From positions 1 to 64,000 of the forward strand of contig CM022668.1 of NCBI GenBank assembly GCA_012295275.1: DNA of 64,000 nt, written 5' to 3'. Below the pieces are notes generated by a model, which saw only the letters and a list, made by a program, of their open reading frames with translations, searched no databases and had not been told where the DNA came from. Position 1 is the stretch's first letter. Every line of letters begins with the position of its first letter. This DNA comes from Chrysomallon squamiferum. Lineage: Eukaryota > Animalia > Mollusca. A program made the translations under genes and the position numbers. Positions 1 to 12,112 of the stretch are shown here, piece by piece.

Positions 1-1380
1 TAGAATGCAAGTCAGTAAATTAACAATTATGTGAGTAAGAATGTAAGTAAGTACTTAAATATTGACCTAAGTTAGCAAGGAAGAGAATAAGTAAGTAAAT
101 AGTAACCTAAGTAAGTACATTAACAATTATCTAACTAAGAAATAAATTAAGTAAGTAAGTAAATAATGACCTATGTAAGCAAGGATGCAAGTTTCTAAGT
201 AAGTGAGAATGCAAGTAAGTACATTAACAATTATCTAAGTAATAAATAAATTAAGTAATTAAGTAAATAATGACCTATGTAAGCAAGGATGCAAGTTTCT
301 AAGTAAGTGAGAATGCAAGTAAGTACATTAACAATTATCTAAGTAATAAATAAATTAAGTAATTACGTAAATAATGACCTAAGTAAGCAAGGAAGCAAGT
401 AACTAAGTAAGTCAGAATGCAAGTCAGTACATTTACAATTATGTGAGTAAGAATGTAAGTACGAAGTTAACTAATGTCCTAAATTAGCAAGGAAGCGAGT
501 AAGTTAGTAAATAGTAACCTAAGTAAGTACATTAACAATTACCTAACTATGAAAGAAAGTAAGTAAATACTAAATAATGATCTAAATTGGCAAGGAAGCG
601 ACCAACTAAGAGAAAATGCAAATTTGTACATTAACAATTATCTAAGTAAGAACTTAATTAAGTACGTAAATAATGACCTAAGTAAGCAAGGATGCAAGTT
701 ACTAAGTTAGTGAGAATGCAAGTAAGTACCTTAACAATTATCTAAGGAAGAAATAAATTCAGTACTTACGTAAATAATGAGCTAAGTAAGCAAGGAAACA
801 AGTAACTAAGTAAGTGAGAATGCAAGTCAGTACATTAACAATTATGTGAGTAAGAATGTAAGTAAGTACTTAACTAATGACCTAAGTTAGCAAGGAAGAT
901 AATAAGTAAGTAAATAGCAACCTTAGTAAGTACATTAATAATTATCTAACAAAGAAACAAATTAAGTAAGAAATAAATAAGTAAATAAATAATGACCTAA
1001 GTAAGAAAGGATGCAAGTTTCTAAGTAAGTGAGAATGGAAGTAAGTACATTAACAATTATCTAAGTAATAAATAAATTAAGTAATTACGTAAATAATGAC
1101 CTAAGTAAGCAAGGAAGCAAGTAAGTAAGTAAGTGAGAATGCAAGTCAGTACATTAACAATTATGTGAGTAAGAATGTAAGTAAGTACTTAAATATTGAC
1201 CTAAGTTAGCAAGGAAGCGAGTAAGTTAGTAAATAGTAACCTAGGTAAGTACATTAACAATTACCTAACTATGAAAGAAAGTAAGTAAGTACGTGAATAA
1301 TGATCTAAGACGGCAAGGAAGCTAGCAACTAAGAGAAAATTGAAATTTGTACATTAACAATTATCGAAGTAAGAACTTAT
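1..1380 (+). repeat. AT-rich tandem satellite, ~100-104 bp monomer (left array, truncated by window start)
   Basis: Marker acattaacaatt or close variants recur at about 117, 221, 325, 429, 529, 628, 728, 832, 932, 1047, 1151, 1251 and 1351. Same monomer types as the 18444-48900 array. Confidence 0.95.
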
Positions 1381-1770
1381 GTTACTCACATAATTGTAAA
1401 TGAACTGACTTGCATTCTCACTTACTTAGAAACTTGCAACCTTGCTTACTTAGGTCATTATTTACTTACTTAATTAATTTATTTCTTAGATAATTATTAA
1501 TCTACTTACTTACGTTACTATTTACTTATTTACTAGCTTCCTTGGTAACTTAGGTCATTTGTTAAGTACTTACTTACATTCTTACTCACATAGCTGTTAA
1601 TGTACTGACTTGCATTCTCACTTACTTACTTACTGTCTTTCTAAATTATCTAATTATTTACGTACTTACTACCTTACTTGCTTACTTAGGTAATTATTTA
1701 CGTACTTTCTTGGTTTCTTGATTACTTAGGTAATTATTTATGTACATCCTTACATTCTCATTTACTAAAT
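1381..1770 (-). repeat. Inverted block of the same satellite
   Basis: Sequence switches abruptly to the reverse complement of the monomer (ttactcacataattg, cttgcttacttaggtcatta) at 1381 and returns to + orientation near 1771. Confidence 0.9.
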
Positions 1771-2560
1771 CATTATGTAAGTAAGGAATAAAGCAAATAA
1801 GTACGTAAATAATTACCTAAGTAAGCAAGAAACCATGTTAGTACGTAAATAGTTACCTAAGTAAGCAAGAAAGCATGTAACTACATAATTAATTACCTAA
1901 GTAAGTAAGAATATAAGTAAGTACATTATCAATTATCTATGTTCGGAATAAAGCAACTAAGTACGTAAATAATTACCTAAGTAAGCATGAAAGCAAGTAA
2001 GAACGTAAATAATTACCTAAGTAAGCGAGTAATCTTGTAAATTCGTAAATAATTACCTAACTAAGCAAGGAAGCAAGTAAGTACATAAATAATTACCTAA
2101 GTAAGAAAGAAAGTAATTAAGCACGTAAATAATTACCTAAGGAAGCAAGAAAATACATAAATCATTACCTAGCTAAGGAAAGAAGCAAGTAAGTACTTGA
2201 ATAATTACCTAAGTAAGCAGTAAGGCAAGTAAGTACGGAAATAATTACCTAAGTAAGTTAGGATGTAGGTAAGAACTCTAAGAATTATCTAACTAAGAAA
2301 GAAAATAATTAAGTTCGTGAATAATTAGCTAAGTAAGCAAGAAAGCAAGTATGTACGTAAATAATTACCTAAGTAAGCGAGTAAGCTAGTAAGTACGTAA
2401 ATAATTGCATAATTAAGTAAGGAAGCAAGTAAGTACGTAAATAATTACCTAACAAAGAAAGTAAGTATGTACGTAAATAATTACGTAAGTAAGGAAGAAA
2501 GCAAGTAAATGCATAAATAATTATCTAAGTCAGAAAGAAAATAAGTAACTACGTAAATAA
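1771..2560 (+). repeat. 40-bp satellite variant (consensus approx. aataattacctaagtaagcaagaaagcaagtaagtacgta)
   Basis: aattacctaa-like marker at 1811, 1851, 1891, 1931, 1971, 2011, 2051, 2091 and 2131, an exact 40-bp period. Confidence 0.92.
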
Positions 2561-3250
2561 TTAGGGTTTTACCACTGCAACAACAGCAGATATGTAATGG
2601 ACGTCTTACAACAATAAATATGGATATACCTAGTGCTTTTCTACCACAACAACACAACACACGTAATCGATGTCTGACAACAATAAATATGGTTATGGTT
2701 AGGGTTTTACCACTGCAATAACAGCAGCTATGAAGTCGATGTTTGACAACAATATTTATCGGTATGCATAGTCTTTTACCACTACAACAACAGCAGACAT
2801 GTAGTCGATGTCCGATTATAATAAATATGGGATTTGGTACTGTTTTACTACTACAACAACAGCAGACATGTATTTGATGTTTGACAATAATACATTTTTA
2901 TATGGCTAATGTTTTAACACTAAAACAAAAGTAGATGTGATGTGTATGTCTGACAACAATAAATATGGGTATAGTACTGTTTACCACTACAACAACAGCA
3001 GACATGTAGTCGATGTGTGACAACACCAACAAATATGGGTATGCCTAGTGTTTTACCACTACAACAACAGCAGACACGTAGTCAATATCAGACAACAGTA
3101 AATATGTGTTTTACCACTACAACAACAGCAGAGATGTAACAACAATAAATATGGGTATCCTTAGAGTATTTCCACTACTATAACAGCAGACAGGTAGTGT
3201 GTAGCTGACAGCAATAAATATGGGTAACACAGTGATTGAAATTGCCACTG
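2561..3250 (+). repeat. ~70-bp minisatellite, ~10 units (gttttaccactacaacaacagcagacatgtagtcgatgtctgacaacaataaatatggg...)
   Basis: ccact/ccac anchor at about 2572, 2645, 2710, 2779, 2848, 2917, 2985, 3056, 3114 and 3172. Confidence 0.92.
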
Positions 3251-3739
3251 GAAGGTCTGACAAAACCTTCAGGAAAAAATAGTGAAACCTGTAATACTCT
3301 GAAGAAGACTTCTGAAACAGTCTCCTCTTTGCTTCGTAAAGTTACACATTGAACCAGGTTATCTAAAGACTGCTTTTCAAAAGTCACTTCTTATATTAAC
3401 TTCAACTTAAAATTGGTTATTATACAGTTTGACACCACTCCAACTTTTAATAAAACAGAATAAACTACAGTCGCTGATCCAGTGGAGATGAATTTACTTC
3501 TTTTTCTTATTTTCTTTTTCTTGTTTAATTTTCATTCCAAATATAATGATTGAATTTTACAAATTTTACTAAGTCACTCAAAATACATTAAACATGATAT
3601 CACAGACACCTGTAAGATATTTGTATCTGTGACATTTAATAATTTCATCTTAACCATAACAGTGTTGCCAATGTACAACACAAAACAATGTATATAATTC
3701 ATTTTTTCCAACTGAAATGGGTTGTATTTTAATTACAAC

Positions 3740-3934
3740 TGCTGGAAACTGGTGCATAATGAACTCTTCATAGCTGAAAGTACAATGAAAAGAAGCCTGT
3801 GATATTTCAGGCGAGAAATGGTATCCATCTGCCTGCTTTTCTTGGATATGACACATGCATTGAAACCAGTAAAACATGAAGATATGCTGGATACGTGCTA
3901 TTAGGAAAGAACCACCAGAGTGCTTATAGGTAAC
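3740..3934 (+). pseudogene. Probable decayed non-LTR retrotransposon (CR1/L2-like) reverse transcriptase fragment
   Basis: Manual + strand translation gives FIAESTMKRSL*YFRREMVSICLLFLDMTHALKPVKHEDMLDTCY*ERTTRVLIGN. This resembles the LINE RT blocks ST..AL / lvFlDlsKAFDsVnH..Ll / SYL..RtQ.V.ig, with stops and a shortened spacer. Repeated at ~51252-51446. Confidence 0.4.
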
Positions 3935-4529
3935 TCCATTCAAAACTGTTTAGATGTTGTGACATATGAGCTTAAACACAAAAGCAGTTCACTCTGAAGT
4001 AAGCAAAAGCAGATTTTAACAGTTTTATGGCTTTGCACCACACCACATGCTGTCCGAGTCCTTACTGTTTGACTAAGTAATGAAACACCTGTACTTCCCA
4101 TTCTCTTTTTCTTCTTCTTTTATTACTTTTACCAGATAAATCACATTAACATACTGATTTTACTACCGATTATTGATGCATACACATCACCTAAAGTGTT
4201 TGTGACAGTCTAACTGATCTAACATTCTCAGCATTCATTAGAAAGAGAAAATGTTTAAATTTTTCTTTAAATCACAACTTGGCAAAATATGTGCAGCTTT
4301 GGGAAACAACTGGACTCCCAATCCAGCCACCACTAACCGTTATTTTATTTCTGGATCTGCAACTGAATTGGTTATTCCTATGTTTGGCTATGACCAGTGT
4401 TTTGCCGTGATTAAACTGGTTATTTCTGATGTTTGGTGCTAGAAATTCTGAAATCCAGTAGGTATCTCTCACGTCAGATATTTTATTATTTTACTCAATG
4501 GGATATTATAATCTTTATGATTAAAAAAT

Positions 4530-4760
4530 ATTCTACAAATCTGCTCTACAAACAGAAAGATATCAGAATTATTCTACAAATCTGACATAAAAGCAGAAGA
4601 CATCTTGAATCATGGCACCAATCTGCCATACAAACATGAAGATATCAGAATTATTACGTAAACATGCCAGACAAATGTGAAGATATCTGAATATTCTACA
4701 AATGTGCAACACAAAGATACCTTCATTTATTCTACAAATCTGCCATGTAAATATGATGCC
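4530..4760 (+). repeat. Degenerate ~41-bp tandem repeat, ~6 units
   Basis: attctacaaatctg...gaagatatcagaatt-like units start at about 4530, 4571, 4611, 4652, 4693 and 4729. Repeated at ~52040-52270. Confidence 0.8.
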
Positions 4761-5306
4761 AAAAATTATAAATAAGAAAGCTAAACAGTTTACAGCAGAT
4801 AAATTTGGATTATTATTTAGGGATCTTAAGCAAACTATTTCAAACTATGTTCTGGGAAAACAATAGGGGCCCTTAACTGAAATCCCAGGACACAGAATTA
4901 AAATAGACAAGTAAATATCTGATGAAAAATTAAATTAATAAATAAAATAATGTTTATAGAAAAATAAATAAAATAAAATAAAATAACATTTGAAATATTT
5001 TAAATATAAAATAAAAAAAAATCATCAGTATTCACAGTGAAATTAGAAAGAGGAAATGAGAGAAACAAGACTGATCACACATCGCTCTTGTGTGATGCAT
5101 GTAAAATATCCTTTGCTGTTAACTAGTAAAAAAATAAAACTACCAAACAGTTTGATCATCATACAAGAAAACATTAATTTCATTCAAAGTTGCTTTTTAA
5201 AGACTTGTATATAATTTCTGAAGTTCTCCATATTATTATTATTTCTGAGCTAATGGTGAAATGTTTTATTTCTTTAAATATCTCATTTATTTATTTTTAT
5301 TTAGTT

Positions 5307-5342
<36 letters not shown>

Positions 5343-8300
5343 TTACATTTAAATGTTGTTTGTATGGCAGATTGAGGTGAGCAAAATCCCACAGACAATA
5401 TAAAATATCTGGATGATGGTCCAACATGTTTCAACTGAATAAAATAAAAATTTTGAAACAGGACATAAATTATTTTATCTATGTTTATAATACATCTGTA
5501 CACATGAGAAATGGGCTGTTGATCAATATAAACTTTTATAAGATTCTGAAACTGTTTGTCCCATCTGTGTCTACTACCAAGTTTAAATCCCATGAAAAGT
5601 TCATTTTTTTTAATTACATAAAATCAATTTAACATCCCTCCAATGAAACAGGCTTTCATCATCTAATAGCAAACACTTAACCAATAATAAACACAACCTG
5701 TTGTAATTCAATGTATCATACAGGTTAAAACTGTGACCATTTATCAGCAAATACAATAACTGAAAAAAAATCTCAGGATTTTTACAATAAAAAAATTCTG
5801 AAAGATTTAGGTCAGTTAGATAAAAATAATATGGGTATTAAAGGAAAATAATTCCTATGCAAGACCCCTCAAAAATATTAAATGCAATAGAGGTGTCTAA
5901 ACTAAATTTCAAATAACTGACTACCCACTGGCTATCATCCAGGACAAGGAACCCTTAGATCAGTCTGTATTCTGACACAGAGCATACACAAATAGTCAGG
6001 TGATATAAAGTTAAAATTAAAAGAGAACTTTTTTTTTTTTTTAAAAAATAATAAAACTAAATAATATCCATTCATGTTTTTGGAAATAAATATAAAATAA
6101 AGTATTTTTATTTTTGAATCATTCAAAGTTAATAATTTAAAAAGGAATTAAATGTTATAACTGAAAAGGTATTTTTTTGTACTAATGTTTTCCATATGGA
6201 ACAGCACAAATTTTAAGCATTTTACAATATTTTTAATTTTAATTTAAACATATAATTTAAAAAATGATCATAGATTTAAAAGCATAACTAAAAATAAATA
6301 AAATGTTAAGAGATTTGTGGTTAAAACAACATGTATAACAAGTATGTGAACTTTTAATACAGTAATTAGCAAATGTGTAAGACAATGGCTATGAAGTCCA
6401 TTATTTTAAAACTATTTTAATTCATATTAACTCTGTGTTTCTGTTTCTGTAAATTGGGAGTTGTTATTATTAATATACCACTGTACTTACTACATGTTTG
6501 TTATATATAAGACAAACACTGCAGTCCAATAAAAATAAATACATAAAATAGTATCCAGTTAAAAAAAATCTATACTCTTTAAATAGTATTTTTCAGGTAT
6601 GGTAAGTAAATTAAGATAAAAAGCAGTTTATGTTTTAACTATATTTAATATTCTTAATTTTCAAAATTGTTTTAATTAAAGGATTTTTCTCTTTAAAGAC
6701 TTTTTTTAGTATTCTTTTAGTATTCACGTCTATGTGCGCGTCTTTGCTTGTTTGATATTAATAGTTGTAACTTGTCTGCTAGGACATTTTACTGTAATCA
6801 GAACAGCAAAAACCAAGACCTTTGATTAATAACAACTGAGCAGTTGTACTTGAGTAAAACAAATACTGACTGTTTAAGTGAGAACTTGCACAGATTTACA
6901 AACTTGTCTTTAGTAACATGTCAGCTGTACATTAACTGACAGTCTTCTATTAGATCAATAATTATTATTATACTGTACTAAAATTAAGCAACATGAAAAC
7001 ACACATGAAAAGATATTCTTGTGACTAGTGCATTGGTGAAAAAATGTAACTTTATGTAGGATAAACTGAATACATCATGTCAAAAAATAAAATAAAATAA
7101 AATAATATAAAAGGACGAAATAGGACAAATATTTTTAGTATTTCCAGAGACTAAAAACCATGAACAGAATTAAAAACATGACTACACATATTCATCTAAG
7201 ACAATTCAAGTGGGAATCTGAGGTCTCAAAAGAATAGTAAACAAGAAGTAAGGCTGGTACATCGTAACTAATGTAACAATACTAATATTATAACAAAAAA
7301 TATATTTATTCACCTACAGAGACCATACAGAAATGAATCAATGAATCTCAAGTCACAAGTTTTGATAATGTCCTTTTTCTACCACATTTCATTTCTGGCA
7401 TTTTCTGCCTAAATGCATTCTTTTTTGTTGACGGCTATCAAATAATTGTCTTCAATCCATAAAATAACTAGCAAAAGAAAAATATTCTCATTGTAAGTAT
7501 AACTTATTATTAAGATATTACGACAAATAATTCTAAAATTAAAATATAAATAAATTAAAAGCATTTTCTCCATCTTTAAAATATATTATGAAAATATTAA
7601 TTGTATGGTAAAAAAATCGTTTTTTTTTAATATTACTGACTTCATTCAAGTTTAAACCAGAGTTATACTGCACACCACTAAGTCCAAAACTAGATTATAA
7701 TTACACTATACAAATATTTTGGATGATGAATTGATATTTTAGGATACAGTTTTTCTAAACTCAGTAATTACTTAGTTTAAACTAAAATTTTGAAAAGCTG
7801 AAGATAAAATATCAATATACACATTGGCCAATTTATTGAAATTTAGACAATATTTCTAAATTAAAAACTCCTGTCCGTCTTCTAACATTGAAAAAAAAAA
7901 AAATGATGTTAATACTGAAAAGAGAAAAGTTCTAAAATAATAATATAATATGCCAAACAATCTTTCTGAATTATAAAGAATTAAATATGATATTTTTTAG
8001 GAATTGTAATTGTAATTAATGGCAAAGTGTACTTACCTACAGTTATGAATGTTTTCAAAGTTTTCAACGTATTTAAAAAAAAAAATAAATAAAATAACAA
8101 ATTGACTTTTTTTTTTTTAATTGACTACATGGTAAAACTATCTTATCAGTTTGAAGTACTAATTTTCACTACAATACATATATTTGTATTTTTTCTTTTT
8201 TTATAATTTTTTAGCTTCATAAACAAACTAAAAATAAATAAATACATAAATAATTAATAATAATAAATAATAAATAAATAAATAAATAAAAAAATAAAAA

Positions 8301-8484
8301 AAAAAAGAACTTTTTTTTATAAAAAAAAATGTGAATAGCCGTTCTTGGTAATATTTTGCATTACAGTAAATAAACATAATATAAAATATATTGATCATCG
8401 GGCATATCAAAAATACAATAAAACTTGTTTGTTCTATTATTCATTTTAGTTTCTTTCTTTCTTTTTTTTTTTTTAAATTATTAA

Positions 8485-8485
<1 letters not shown>

Positions 8486-8538
<53 letters not shown>
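8486..8538. repeat. (TTA)n microsatellite
   Basis: Read directly; a shorter allele lies at ~55988-56025. Confidence 0.95.
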
Positions 8539-8540
<2 letters not shown>

Positions 8541-8703
8541 AAATGCTAATTTTAATAAACTTTCTTTTTTTAAAACGATTTTTTCAGATACATATTTCAG
8601 TACATACAACGACCTGAGAATTGAAATATTTTTTGAATTTTCAGTTCACTACCGCAGACAATGAATACTCCCCTGACCCTAGTAACACAGACAAATACAC
8701 AGA

Positions 8704-8711
8704 CACACACA

Positions 8712-8765
<54 letters not shown>
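8704..8765. repeat. (CA)n microsatellite
   Basis: Read directly; counterpart at ~56186-56242. Confidence 0.95.
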
Positions 8766-8770
<5 letters not shown>

Positions 8771-9085
8771 TCTAAAATCCTTCTAAAATCCGTATGACTT
8801 GACTCCTTCGTAAATTCGTTTCAAAATACAATCTTTAGCTTATTATTATTCAGCGTAAAAGTTTTCTAAGCCAGCAAAGTAATAAAACACATATTGATTA
8901 TTTGTATCACTTTTTTTTTTTTTTTTATCAAAACAAATGGCTGACAACATCGTTGCACCTCTAGTTAGCAGAAAAATCTGTTGCATAGCTCATAAAATAT
9001 CATCACTTGAGCGGAGCGCTTTCTACACTTCTCAGTATAAAGTCTGATGTAGATAAATAAACTTCCTTGGTATCTGTGCACCTCA

Positions 9086-9183
9086 TGTGTATGTGTGTGT
9101 GTGTGTGTGTGTTTTTGTGTGTGTGTGTGTGTGCATTTGGTGTGTGTGTATGTTTGTGTGTTTTGCTTGTGTTTGGTGTGTGT
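9086..9183. repeat. Imperfect (TG)n microsatellite
   Basis: Read directly; explains the VCVC/THTH ORFs. Counterpart at ~56566-56672. Confidence 0.9.
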
Positions 9184-9715
9184 ATGTTGATTTTAGACAG
9201 TCAAATAGGCATGGGACGGTCAGAAAGACAAAGAATGTTATTTTAAAGAGATTACAGAGAAACAGACTGCAGAAATGATGTGTAGATAGCTGAGCAGAGA
9301 CATCCGTGAGTGGATAGATAAATAGAAAAATTGATGAGATGATGAATGTATGATGGATGGATGTATAATGGAATCGCTTGAAGAGAGAAGAACTATACAT
9401 GTATATATGGATAGATAGGTGGTTGGATTAGATGTTTGTATGAACTGATAGACGGACAGAAGATTTGTACATGGAGGACTGGACAGAAGGACAGATAGAT
9501 GATACAGTAATGGTAATATTGTTTATTCTATACACTTTGTGAAAAGTCTACTGTTATGAGAAGATTCACATGACTATTTCCAGTCTGGGTCCGAAAACTC
9601 ATAGTGAATAAAGACTCCACAAGAATCTGTCTCATGAGACACCTCACCAGTTGAAACCAGACACACACACACAGACAGACAGACACACAGCCATCATGTT
9701 AAATCACCCTATTTG

Positions 9716-9724
9716 AAAAAAAAA

Positions 9725-9815
<91 letters not shown>
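9716..9815. repeat. Poly(A) followed by (AG)n microsatellite
   Basis: Read directly; much shorter in copy 2 (~57210-57236). Confidence 0.95.
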
Positions 9816-9818
<3 letters not shown>

Positions 9819-10236
9819 GATTACATTGAGATCATTAGGAATGAACAATCGGAGATCATCGTATGTTTCCGTGAATGCAAAGAACAAATAAAAAAAAAAA
9901 AAAATGATGAGAGAGATAATTACATATTGAGATCATTAGGAATGAACAATCGGAGATCATCGTATGTTTCCGTGAATGCAAAGAACAAATAAAAAATAAA
10001 AAATGAATCATGTTTTTATTAAGCCGTATGCCTTCTATTTTCTTATTTAACTGACGATTTTAAAAATAAATGTTCCTGCCCGAAATCACTGTTCGGTTCT
10101 GATTATAATCTGTTTTCCTCTTTGTGTTACTGTTAACAAAATTACCATTCGCGTCTGCCAAAAACAAGTAATAAATAAAATAAATTAATTCATTCATTCA
10201 TTTAATTAAAATTAAAATTAAAATAATAATAATACA

Positions 10237-10237
<1 letters not shown>

Positions 10238-10300
<63 letters not shown>
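10238..10300. repeat. (AAT)n microsatellite
   Basis: Read directly; counterpart at ~57637-57670. Confidence 0.95.
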
Positions 10301-11319
10301 TATCAATGCTGTAAGTGATATATTTACAAAAATATATGACTGAATTTTTAACAATCTTTTATTATATTTTATACCTTGTTTCAGTCTTGTAATTCATGTG
10401 CAAACAGTATTATAATATTTCCATTTTAAGGTTAATAACCCTCATTGGGCCTCCCTCTACCGGCTGTAGAAATAGTATTTATGCATGTATCTCTTAGTTT
10501 GCGAAATAAAACAAATTCATAAGATCTAGATGATTAAATACATTTAGAAGGGATAAATTAGAAAACCGGAAATTTTATTTTTTTAGGGGTTCATCATTTC
10601 TCTTTGAAAAAAAAAATAAGAAGAAGAAGAATATTAATAATAAATATAATAAAAAATAATATAAATAATTTTTAAAAATGTAATAAAAACGTATATACAA
10701 AAAATAAATAATCACAAATGACTGCTAGTTTTAGATCACAACAACAAAAATGAAAATTGAAGTCTCGTGACCGTAGATATTTATCGTTTAGGGCGTGAGA
10801 AAATAAATGCTCAAAACCTCCCCCGATTTTGTGCTGAAGGCCTCCTGTATACAGCCTGTAACTAACATTATGTCGAGAAGTTATGTGCTTAATTAACTTT
10901 GATGATTTTATTAGGCAAAGCGGCACAATCAGGCAATGAATACGTAACCGGCTTCCATGTCATCAACCCAGATTTAATCACATAAATAGTAAGTTGGAGG
11001 TTCAGTCGATATTTTATAAAAAGAATGGCCATGGTCTGGTGACGTCACCTTCAGATTGCCGATGTGTGGCTGCTTTAATCTTCATTTCTGTTATTTCTTA
11101 AGGATAAAATATTTGTCTTTCCGATAATGCTTTTTAAAAGCGGTTTGTTTTTTGAAAATAGTCAGTAGATTTTACCGAATTTTTCATCAAAGTTTTCTAC
11201 CACATTCAAACTTTCATGTAAAGTTTATAATACTTTTAAGATTATGATACATTTATAAGAATATCACTTCCAGGCCACTTATTCATTTACTTTTCTGTTT
11301 CTAAAGAACTCTTAAGATT

Positions 11320-11845
11320 TTGACTGAAGCGTTTTACGACGTGATCAGGGACGAGACGAAGGCAGTTGAATTTTTACGAAGGAATGGCCTTGTAGATGAT
11401 GAAGAAAACGCTGCACCAGGTTATCGTTGTGGTGAAGAAATGAAGGCAGCTCGAAGTAAAAAAACGGTGAAATCCTGCCAACTTTACGTTGCAAAACTGG
11501 CGCCGAAAATGTTTTTGTTTTCCATTATACAGATTTAAATAAAAAAGTCCATTACAATCTTTCTCTGTGCCAAATTTTAGAATTAACGTTTATTTTATTT
11601 TATTGAACATGCAAGATTTGACTGGTGGAGGTAACGAATCAATATGTGATTGGTCCAACATGTGTCGTGACATTTGTACCCAAATCGTTTCCGTTAACAA
11701 TCGTGGAGAATTGTAAGAACTGATGAAGAGCATTGCAAATAGATGAAGCTCGGTTTGCAGGGCGCCAATAATACAACAGAGGGAGGATGCTGATCAGCAC
11801 ACTGAAGCCAGTACTCAAACAACTGAAAGAACCTGTTTGGCTTCG
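11320..11845 (+). mobile_element. Decayed Merlin (ISXO2/IS1016-like DDE) DNA transposon transposase, copy 1
   Basis: Successive frameshifted pieces: DETKAVEFLRRNGL...RCGEEM; FFHYTDLNKKVHYNLSLCQILEL; DWSNMCRDIC (11648-11677, cf. DW.NFCREVC); LQIDEARFAGRQ*YNRGRML (11733-11792, cf. VEIDESKFGKRKYNRGR); and an FG remnant of WVFG near 11836. No C-terminal half recognised. Confidence 0.85.
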
Positions 11846-12112
11846 AAATTTTTAAAAAAAATTTGAAATTTTAAATTAACCAAAGAACCTTCCAACCACA
11901 CCTTGATTATTCGCTACAGATCAGGAAGAATGTTGAAATGTTTTCCTGCGTTTCTAGCAGATGATCGCTCAGTTCATCGATAAAATTATTCAAATTGTTG
12001 TACTTTTTAGCACTTGTTCAAATAGATTATGAATATATAATAAAATAAAACCACCAAGAATACAGAAAATAATAATTAAAATAAGCGCGTAGAATTTTCT
12101 CGGTTTAGATCA

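Noticed and set aside
2561-2710. Telomere-like TTAGGG at the satellite/minisatellite junction and ggttatggttaggg
   Set aside because: Only isolated hexamers that form part of the minisatellite unit; no telomeric array.
2561-3250. CRISPR-like array
   Set aside because: Whole ~70-bp units are homologous with no unique spacers, there are no cas genes, and the context is eukaryotic.
4251-4472. Overlapping 63-66 aa ORFs conserved in both copies
   Set aside because: Conservation is explained by the near-identity of the copies; no recognisable motif.
9083-9400. His/Thr- and Val/Cys-rich ORFs
   Set aside because: Translations of (CA)n/(TG)n repeats.
9626-9639. Palindrome tgtctcatgagaca (and gtatgtacg...cgtacatac near 12825-12848)
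   Set aside because: Isolated short palindromes with no supporting context.
11320-11845. Merlin transposase as the enzyme driving the inversion, or as a horizontally acquired bacterial IS
   Set aside because: It is frameshifted and truncated, the arms carry pogo-like rather than Merlin ends, and Merlin is a known eukaryotic superfamily.
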